From an uncultured Candidatus Cloacimonadota bacterium (GTDB taxonomy: Bacteria; Cloacimonadota; Cloacimonadia; Cloacimonadales; TCS61), in the NCBI GenBank assembly GCA_964419355.1, contig CAYQOZ010000001.1, positions 1 through 54,546 on the forward strand: a stretch of DNA of 54,546 bases. Reading direction: 5' to 3'. The position numbers and the translations under genes are program-made. Under the pieces are notes generated by a model. The model worked only from the letters and a program-made list of their open reading frames with translations, did not search any database and was not told the DNA's origin. How positions within the stretch are numbered: the stretch's first letter is position 1; every line of letters begins with the position of its first letter. This document shows positions 48,038-54,546 of the stretch, piece after piece.

Positions 48038-49372
48038 TTATTTTTTGATTTCATTTATTAATTTTTCTATCTGAATTCTAAAATTTTTATCATCTTTAAA
48101 GTGTTTTTCAATCGTCTTTTTTGCGTGCAAAACAGTTGTGTGATCTTTTCTTTTATAATAAAGCGCAACCTCTTTTAGCGATAATTGTGGAATTAATAAA
48201 TTAGAAAGATACATTCCAATTTGTCTAGGAAAAGCAACACTTTTTTTTCTGGTTTTGTGAAATATTTGTGTTTGAGTAATATTGTAAGCATCACAAACTT
48301 TTTTTGAAATTGTCTCTAAATTAACATCTTTAGTTTTATCGGAAATCATATCTGCAAGTATTTGACTTGCTAAATCAACAGTTATTTCGAGAGTATCTAT
48401 ATCATTGTAAGAAGCGTAAGCTAAAATTCTAATTAATGAACCTTCTAATGCACGCACATTGCTGTGGATATGTTCAGAAATAAAATTAATAACACCTTTT
48501 TTTAAATTAATATTTTCAAAATTTGCTTTCTTTTCTAAAATAGCAACGCGGGTTTCAAAATTTGGACTTTTAAGATCTACTAAAAGTCCCCACTCAAACC
48601 TTGTTACCAACCGCTTTTCTAAATCTGGAATATCTTTTGGTGGTCTATCACTTGTTAAAACAATCTGTTTTTTCTTCTCATAAAGTGAGTTAAAAGTATG
48701 AAAAAATTCTTCTTGAGTACCTTCTTTTTTGGAGAGAAAATGAATGTCGTCGATAAGTAATAAATCTATATTTCTAAATTTATTTCTAAACACTGGCATT
48801 TTATTGGAACGAATTGCATTAATCATCTCATTGGTAAATTCTTCAGTAGAGGTATAAAACACGCGTTTTTCTGGAAGTTCACTAACTACAAAATTTCCGA
48901 TAGCTTGCATTAAATGTGTTTTTCCCATTCCAGATTCACCATAAATAAAAAGTGGATTGTAATTTTCTCCAGGAGCTTCTGCAACAGCTAAAGATGCCGA
49001 ATGAGCAAAGGTATTATTTTTTCCAACTACAAATTCATTAAAATTGTAATTTTTATTTAATTTAGTGGGATGATTAACTTCTTTAATTTTATCTGCAGTT
49101 TCAACTATCATTTTTTTTTGTGGATTGAAGCAAGTAAAATATATTTTTTGTTTAGAATTATAAAGATTAAAAAATATTTCAGAAACCATTTCGCTATAAT
49201 TTTTATTTAAATAATCTGCAATAAATTGAGTTGGAACTTTTATAGTTAGTTCGTTATTTTTCATAGTTAAGACAGTTGTTTCTCTGAACCAAGTATTATA
49301 ACCTTGCTCACTAATATTTTCTTGCAAAGTATGTAATATCCCTTCCCAATATTCAGAATTATCGATCATTTC
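48038..49372 (-). CDS. dnaA: Chromosomal replication initiator DnaA
   Basis: Walker A GESGMGKTHLMQAIGN, plus LLIDDIHFL, and the domain IV motif RKKSVAFPRQIGMYLS. Preferred start is ATG 49372, preceded by GAGGT, giving MIDNSEYWEGIL. The ORF-track GTG at 49399 lies inside a DnaA box. Confidence 0.92.
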   Translation of the reverse strand, partial: EMIDNSEYWEGILHTLQENISEQGYNTWFRETTVLTMKNNELTIKVPTQFIADYLNKNYSEMVSEIFFNLYNSKQKIYFTCFNPQKKMIVETADKIKEVNHPTKLNKNYNFNEFVVGKNNTFAHSASLAVAEAPGENYNPLFIYGESGMGKTHLMQAIGNFVVSELPEKRVFYTSTEEFTNEMINAIRSNKMPVFRNKFRNIDLLLIDDIHFLSKKEGTQEEFFHTFNSLYEKKKQIVLTSDRPPKDIPDLEKRLVTRFEWGLLVDLKSPNFETRVAILEKKANFENINLKKGVINFISEHIHSNVRALEGSLIRILAYASYNDIDTLEITVDLASQILADMISDKTKDVNLETISKKVCDAYNITQTQIFHKTRKKSVAFPRQIGMYLSNLLIPQLSLKEVALYYKRKDHTTVLHAKKTIEKHFKDDKNFRIQIEKLINEIKK

Positions 49373-49785
49373 TACCTCGTAATTAGATAACTTATTCACA
49401 AGTTATACACATTCTTAAACTATCTACTTCTTATTCTATTCTTTAATCAACTAAACATTACATAACTTATTGAAAGTAAATAACATACATATTTATTTAG
49501 TGCGAATATATAGCCAAGTTGAAAAGATGAGGTTTTTGTGTCAAGTGTATAAAAAACCCAAAAAAAGAATAAAAACAAGAAGGAATTTGGCAATTCATTA
49601 CACTGTAAATAAATATAAAATATAATAAAAATTTGAGTTATCCACAAAATATTAATTAACTTACTACAGAACAAACAACTATTGTTTTTTTGTGCATAAG
49701 TTTTTATTGTGTAAAAAAGTTTGACAAGGTTAGTCCCTTAAAAGCTATTGCTCTATCTTATTTGTTAGGAGGAATAGAGGCAATA
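49373..49785. other. oriC: oriC segment upstream of dnaA: DnaA boxes, trio-like array, AT-rich region; strand-bias switch point
   Basis: Boxes: TTATTCACA at 49392-49400, TTATACACA at 49403-49411, perfect TTATCCACA at 49638-49646, TGTGCATAA at 49691-49699. The minus strand reads GAATAGAATAAGAAGTAG at 49424-49441. Between 16631 and dnaA all genes but one (33157-33822) are on the minus strand, and genes to the right are on the plus strand. Confidence 0.65.
49638..49646 (+). promoter_or_regulatory. Perfect DnaA box (TTATCCACA)
   Basis: Exact consensus 9-mer. Confidence 0.8.
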
Positions 49786-50979
49786 ATGAAATTTGAAAAA
49801 GAAATGAAGTTAATAAAAAAAGGTGTTGAGGAAATTGTTTCCGAAAAAGAACTTTTTAAAAAATTGGAGAAATCAATAGAGAAGAAAAAGTCGCTTCGAA
49901 TTAAATATGGGATAGATCCAACAGGTTATGATGTACACATCGGACATTTAGTGCCGATTCGAAAAATGCGTGAATTCCAAGATTTAGGGCATACTGGTGT
50001 AATCATTATTGGTGATTTTACTGCTCAAATTGGTGATCCAACCGGAAAAGATGAATCGCGTCCTCCGCTCACTAAAGAAGAAATCCATAAAAATGCAGAA
50101 AAATATATGGAACAACTTTATACTGTTCTTGATAAAGATAAAACAGAAGTTCGCTGGCAGACAGAGTGGTTCGGTGATATGAAAATGTCAGATGTTTTAA
50201 AGCTGATGGGAAAATTTACTTTGGCACAATTTATGGCACATGATACTTTCCGTAAACGCTATGAAAATGGGCTTCCGCTCGGTATGCACGAATTAATGTA
50301 TCCCATTTTACAGGCTTACGATTCGGTGGCTGTAAACGCAGATATTGAGCTCGGTGCAACGGAACAAAAGTTTAATATTTTGGCAGGGCGAGATATGCAG
50401 AAATATTTTGATCAACCGCAACAAGTTGCAATTCTTTCTCCAATTTTAATGGGAACCTGCGGAAAAGAAAAAATGAGCAAATCGCTCAATAATTATATTG
50501 CAGTATTCGATTCTCCCAAAGATAAATATGGGAAAACAATGTCAATTCCAGATGAAATGATTATTAATTATTTCAATTATGCCACAAAAGTAGAGCCAGA
50601 AGAGATTGAAAAAATTGCTTTTCAATTAAAAAATAATGAGATAAATCCAAAAATTATAAAACAGCGTTTAGCTCGTGAAATTGTAAAAATGTATCACGGC
50701 GAAGAAGCTTCATTAAAAGCAGAAGAGGAGTTTAATCTTATCTTCAAAAAGAAAGATATTCCAGATAATATTCCAGAATTTTCACTTGTGGAACCTATTA
50801 AAATTTTAGATATTTTGGTGCAAAGTAAAATTTGTGCAAGTGGCGGTGAAGCTCGCAGAATGGTGAAACAAAATGCGGTAAGTATAAATGGAGAAAAAGT
50901 GAAAGATATTTTTGCAGAAGTATCTGATGAATGTGTAATAAAAGTTGGAAAAAGACGTTTTTTGAAGGTAATAAAATAA
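49786..50979 (+). CDS. tyrS: Tyrosine--tRNA ligase
   Basis: ATG 49786 follows GGAGGAATAGAGG. HIGH motif DVHIGHL, KMSKS motif EKMSKSL, and a C-terminal S4 domain. Confidence 0.92.
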   Translation: MKFEKEMKLIKKGVEEIVSEKELFKKLEKSIEKKKSLRIKYGIDPTGYDVHIGHLVPIRKMREFQDLGHTGVIIIGDFTAQIGDPTGKDESRPPLTKEEIHKNAEKYMEQLYTVLDKDKTEVRWQTEWFGDMKMSDVLKLMGKFTLAQFMAHDTFRKRYENGLPLGMHELMYPILQAYDSVAVNADIELGATEQKFNILAGRDMQKYFDQPQQVAILSPILMGTCGKEKMSKSLNNYIAVFDSPKDKYGKTMSIPDEMIINYFNYATKVEPEEIEKIAFQLKNNEINPKIIKQRLAREIVKMYHGEEASLKAEEEFNLIFKKKDIPDNIPEFSLVEPIKILDILVQSKICASGGEARRMVKQNAVSINGEKVKDIFAEVSDECVIKVGKRRFLKVIK

Positions 50980-51623
50980 TGGATTTTATTACAAGGTTAA
51001 TTTTCCAAATTCCAGTTTTATTGATATCGCTAACAATTCACGAATTTAGTCACGGTTACGCGGCGTATTTATTAGGTGATGATACAGCAAAACGAGCTGG
51101 ACGACTTACACTAAACCCAATTTCACACATCGATCCGTTCGGACTTTTAATGTTGTTTGTTGCTCATATTGGCTGGGCAAAACCGGTTCCTGTAAATCCA
51201 TATAATTTTTATAATCAAAAGAGAGATATGGCAATTACTGCCGCTGCTGGACCTGCTGCTAACTTTATTACGGCAATGATTTTAGCTTTTGTATTTAATA
51301 AAATGAAGATGAGTATAGATCCATATTCTGCCAACATTTTTTCACAATACTTAATAGGAATGGTTTACTATGGCATTTTGATAAATCTTGCACTGGGTAT
51401 TTTTAATTTATTACCAATACCACCGATGGATGGCAGTAAAATTTTAGGCGGGTTTTTATCTGATGAAGCGTATTATAAATTTACAGCACAAGAACGAAAG
51501 GGTGCCCAAATTTTGATGATTATTTTTTCTGTTTCATTTGTTTTTAAATTGAATATTATTGGTAGAATTGTCATTCCACCGTTAAATTTCTTAATGAATT
51601 TATTGGTCGGAAGTGGATTGTAA
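50979..51623 (+). CDS. Site-2 protease family (M50) membrane metalloprotease
   Basis: TAATG overlap with the tyrS stop. HEFSHG (HExxH) lies in the first TM region. NLLPIPPMDGSKIL motif. Confidence 0.8.
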   Translation: MDFITRLIFQIPVLLISLTIHEFSHGYAAYLLGDDTAKRAGRLTLNPISHIDPFGLLMLFVAHIGWAKPVPVNPYNFYNQKRDMAITAAAGPAANFITAMILAFVFNKMKMSIDPYSANIFSQYLIGMVYYGILINLALGIFNLLPIPPMDGSKILGGFLSDEAYYKFTAQERKGAQILMIIFSVSFVFKLNIIGRIVIPPLNFLMNLLVGSGL

Positions 51624-51655
51624 AAAAATATTTAAAAAAAATAGGAGATAGATTT

Positions 51656-53080
51656 ATGAAAATAGTAGACGTAAAAAAAATAATTAAGGAAAATGAAATT
51701 CGCACAATCGATTTGAAGTATTCTGATTTAATGGGAAATTGGTATCACATCTCTTTTCCAGCCAGAAAAGTAGAATATGTTATTGAAAATGGAATTCCTT
51801 TTGATGGTTCCAGTATTCCCGGAATGAAATCTGTGGAAGCTGGAGATATGATACTTTTACCAGATATTTCAACAGCAATAATAGATCCATTTACCTATCA
51901 TCCAACTTTGCGAATGCTTTCCTACATTTGTGATGCAGATACCAGAATTGGTGTTAAAAAAGACCCGCGAAGTTTAGCAAAACGAGCTCAAAAATTTTTA
52001 GAAAGTACGGGGATTGCAGACGAATCTTTTTGGATACCAGAATTTGAATTTTACCTTTTCAATGAAGCTATAATTAATAATGGAAAATTTGCAGCTGGCT
52101 ATAAATTTACTTCAGCAGAAAACAAAAATGATCTTCCAGGTGGATATAAAGATGTAGATGGAACAGCTGTTGCCAACAGAAAAGGCTATCACATTGATGT
52201 TCCTTTTGATAAATATGCGGATGTGCGTGAAGAGATGGTACAACTTATTGAAGATATTGGTTGTCCCATTCGCTATCATCATCACGAAGTTGGACTATCT
52301 TCTCAGCAGGAAATAGAAACAGAACTTGTCGAATTTAGTTTAATTACCGATAAAATGATGTATATAAAAGATATCATTCATAATTGTGCTTTAGAAAACG
52401 AACTTACTGCAACTTTTATGCCAAAACCAATTTATGATGAAGCGGGAAGTGGAATGCATTTTCACATTCAGCTTAGAAAAGATGGTGAAAACATTTTCTA
52501 TAAAAAAGGAAATTATGCAGATTTGAGTGATGAAGCACTCTATTTTATTGGTGGAATTTTGAAGCACGGACGTTCCTTAACTGCTTTTACAAATCCCAGC
52601 ACAAATTCGTTTAAACGCTTACTTCCCGGTTTTGAAGCTCCGGTAAATCTCTTTTTTGGTTTAGCAAATCGTAGTGCTGCAATTAGAATTCCTAAATATG
52701 CTACTAGTAAAGAGATGAAGCGAATTGAATTTAGGACAGGCGATGGAACTTGCAATTACTATTTGGCAATGAGTGCACTTTTAATGGCTGGTTTAGACGG
52801 AATTAAAAATAAAATTATGCCAACTCCTGAAAATGGCTATGGACCTTTTGACGACAATGTTTTTGCTTGGAACAAAGAAAAATTATCGAAATTGCACGCC
52901 ATTCCAATAAACCTAAAAGAGGCATTACAAGCGTTGGAAGATGATTATCAATATTTACTTGCGGGAGATGTGTTCAATAAAGAACTCATTGAAAGTTGGA
53001 TAAATGAGAAGAAGAAAGAAGTGGTTGCGGTGAACAATAGACCGCACCCATTCGAGATGAATCTTTATTACAATCTGTAA
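51656..53080 (+). CDS. glnA: Glutamine synthetase type I (474 aa, with beta-type-like insertion)
   Basis: FDGSSIPG, IPEFEFYLF, YHHHEVG, GSGMHFHIQL, NSFKRLLPGFEAP, RIEFRTGD. Confidence 0.88.
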   Translation: MKIVDVKKIIKENEIRTIDLKYSDLMGNWYHISFPARKVEYVIENGIPFDGSSIPGMKSVEAGDMILLPDISTAIIDPFTYHPTLRMLSYICDADTRIGVKKDPRSLAKRAQKFLESTGIADESFWIPEFEFYLFNEAIINNGKFAAGYKFTSAENKNDLPGGYKDVDGTAVANRKGYHIDVPFDKYADVREEMVQLIEDIGCPIRYHHHEVGLSSQQEIETELVEFSLITDKMMYIKDIIHNCALENELTATFMPKPIYDEAGSGMHFHIQLRKDGENIFYKKGNYADLSDEALYFIGGILKHGRSLTAFTNPSTNSFKRLLPGFEAPVNLFFGLANRSAAIRIPKYATSKEMKRIEFRTGDGTCNYYLAMSALLMAGLDGIKNKIMPTPENGYGPFDDNVFAWNKEKLSKLHAIPINLKEALQALEDDYQYLLAGDVFNKELIESWINEKKKEVVAVNNRPHPFEMNLYYNL

Positions 53081-53098
53081 AAGTAATTAGGAGAGAAA

Positions 53099-54430
53099 AT
53101 GAGAGACAAAGATATTATGAAACAAATGGAAAAGGATAAAATAGAATTTGTCCAATTACAATTTTCCGATTTGTATGGAATCGTGAAGAGTTTAACAATA
53201 CCATTTCCTCAAATAGAAAATGCTTTTACAAACGGAATTTGGTTTGATGGTTCTTCTATCGAAGGTTTTGCTAGAGTTTGTGAAAGCGATATGTATCTTG
53301 CTCCCGATATTTCCACCTATAATGTGATACCTTGGCTAAATTCTGAACACGGAAATACGGCTCGTTTCATTTGTGATATTTACACACCGGACGGTAAGCC
53401 TTTTGAGGGTGATCCCATGTTTATTTTAAAGAAAGTCTTGTTAAGAGCAAAAAAACTTGGTTTAGAATTCAATACTGGACCAGAAATGGAGTTTTTTTTA
53501 CTTAAATCGAAGGATACACTTACTCCACTTCCAAACGATAAAGCGAGTTATTTTGATTTGATTACCGATGAGGCTTATGAAGTGCGTCGCGATATGTCGG
53601 TTGCTTTAAAACAATTTGGGATTGAGATAGAAACTGCCCATCACGAGGTTGCTGTCGGTCAGCACGAAATTTCTTTTAAATATGGGAACGCACTCAATAC
53701 AGCAGATAATGCAATGACTTTGCGTTTTGTGGTGAAAGCGATTGCCCAAAAACACGGACTTTATGCCACTTTTATGCCCAAACCGATGGCTAATGAAAAC
53801 GGTTCAGGAATGCACGTTCATCAAAGTTTATATAATATTAAAACAGGAGAAAATGCCTTTTTCTGTGCGGATGATGATTATCAACTTTCCTCCATTGCTT
53901 ATAATTTTATTGCTGGTCAATTGAAGCATGTGAAGGCCATGTCTTCAATTTTATCGCCGACGGTAAATTCCTATAAAAGGTTGGTTTCCGGCTACGAAGC
54001 ACCGGTTTATATTTGTTGGGGAAGAACTAATAGATCAGCCCTTATCCGCGTTCCATCTGCATTTAAAAACAATCCAAATTCCACGCGAGTCGAGATTCGC
54101 AATCCAGATCCGAGCTGCAATATCTATCTTGCTTATGCTGTTATGTTGAGCGCTGGTTTAGAAGGAATTGAAAAAAATCTTGCTGTCCCTAAACCGCTTG
54201 AAGAAGATGTTTATCTCTTCGAAAATAAGAAGATTGCCGAGATGAAAATTGCTACTCTTCCACAAAATTTGGGACGAGCAATTTCTGAAATAAAAAAAAA
54301 TGAAATGATTAAAAAAACGCTTGGTGAACACACGTTTTACAAATTTATTGAAGCTAAAGAAAAAGAATGGAGTGAATATAGTTTGCAAGTTTCTAAATGG
54401 GAATTGGATAAATATTTGGAAATTTTTTAA
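53099..54430 (+). CDS. glnA: Glutamine synthetase type I (443 aa, alpha-type-like)
   Basis: FDGSSIEGF, GPEMEFFLL, AHHEVAVGQHEI, GSGMHVHQSL, NSYKRLVSGYEAP, RVEIRNPD. Confidence 0.9.
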   Translation: MRDKDIMKQMEKDKIEFVQLQFSDLYGIVKSLTIPFPQIENAFTNGIWFDGSSIEGFARVCESDMYLAPDISTYNVIPWLNSEHGNTARFICDIYTPDGKPFEGDPMFILKKVLLRAKKLGLEFNTGPEMEFFLLKSKDTLTPLPNDKASYFDLITDEAYEVRRDMSVALKQFGIEIETAHHEVAVGQHEISFKYGNALNTADNAMTLRFVVKAIAQKHGLYATFMPKPMANENGSGMHVHQSLYNIKTGENAFFCADDDYQLSSIAYNFIAGQLKHVKAMSSILSPTVNSYKRLVSGYEAPVYICWGRTNRSALIRVPSAFKNNPNSTRVEIRNPDPSCNIYLAYAVMLSAGLEGIEKNLAVPKPLEEDVYLFENKKIAEMKIATLPQNLGRAISEIKKNEMIKKTLGEHTFYKFIEAKEKEWSEYSLQVSKWELDKYLEIF

Positions 54431-54493
54431 CAAAGATTGACCAATATTTTGAAAATAGTATAAAATAAAAAAATAATTTGTTTTGGAGGATAA

Positions 54494-54546
54494 ATGTCGA
54501 TAGCAGAAAAAATTATAGAGCTTAAACAAAAAAAAGAAAAAGCTCG
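54494..54546 (+). CDS. 5' end of an ORF running off the window (N-terminus faintly NadA-like)
   Basis: GGAGGA at 54485-54490 followed by ATG 54494. MSIAEKIIELKQKKEKA resembles quinolinate synthase N-termini, but only 17 codons are visible. Confidence 0.3.
   Translation, partial: MSIAEKIIELKQKKEKA

Noticed and set aside
49447-49674. 75-aa minus-strand ORF in the dnaA-tyrS intergenic region.
   Set aside because: It lies within the AT-rich DnaA-box region, has no ribosome-binding site, and has a Phe/Ile/Leu/Tyr-rich composition expected from AT-rich non-coding DNA.
49700-49785. T-box riboswitch leader upstream of tyrS.
   Set aside because: The available leader is far too short. No specifier-loop or T-box 14-mer-like sequence is visible.

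Overview
Low-GC, gene-dense chromosomal segment of about 60 genes with very little non-coding DNA. It spans the replication origin of a Gram-negative bacterium that has a type IX secretion system. The lineage looks FCB-superphylum-like, possibly Cloacimonadota-type, but this is inference from gene content only. The segment is core genome: no transposase, integrase, phage, CRISPR, tRNA or rRNA was seen.

Gene content, left to right:
- two large surface proteins, one a lipoprotein with five tandem repeats and an FGE/SUMF1 domain
- a MerR regulator
- a minus-strand ECF-sigma envelope or metal stress operon
- rpmB
- a GlmL/MutL-like ATPase module of unknown role
- an Mla-type lipid-transport operon with unusual fusions
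- nadD, bamD-like, M18 aminopeptidase, greA
- a 1384-aa S8 protease with a T9SS C-terminal domain, next to a PorV-like barrel
- efp, manC-like, lolA-like, ftsK, ychF, rluB
- an HTH-EIIA fusion
- a complete F-type ATP synthase operon
- bactofilin and M23 peptidase, parB, parA, rsmG, a lipoprotein, dnaA
- then on the plus strand tyrS, an M50 protease and two tandem glutamine synthetases

Most notable observations:
1. The ATP synthase operon has a normal 81-aa c subunit with a full Na+-type two-carboxylate motif. It also has a single ORF encoding three fused c-subunit hairpins, only the last of which keeps the ion-binding Glu.
2. Both intergenic regions flanking dnaA carry DnaA-box clusters. Each has a mirrored layout of AT-rich tract, DnaA-trio-like triplets, then DnaA box.
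3. A perfect 16-bp parS palindrome lies at 33832-33847, with a one-mismatch copy inside atpD.
4. An orphan GlmL-like ASKHA ATPase is translationally coupled to an uncharacterised 374-aa partner.
5. An Mla operon encodes a PqiC-like lipoprotein fused to a putative outer-membrane barrel, and a STAS-MlaE fusion.

All homology calls come from motif recognition by eye. No searches were run.
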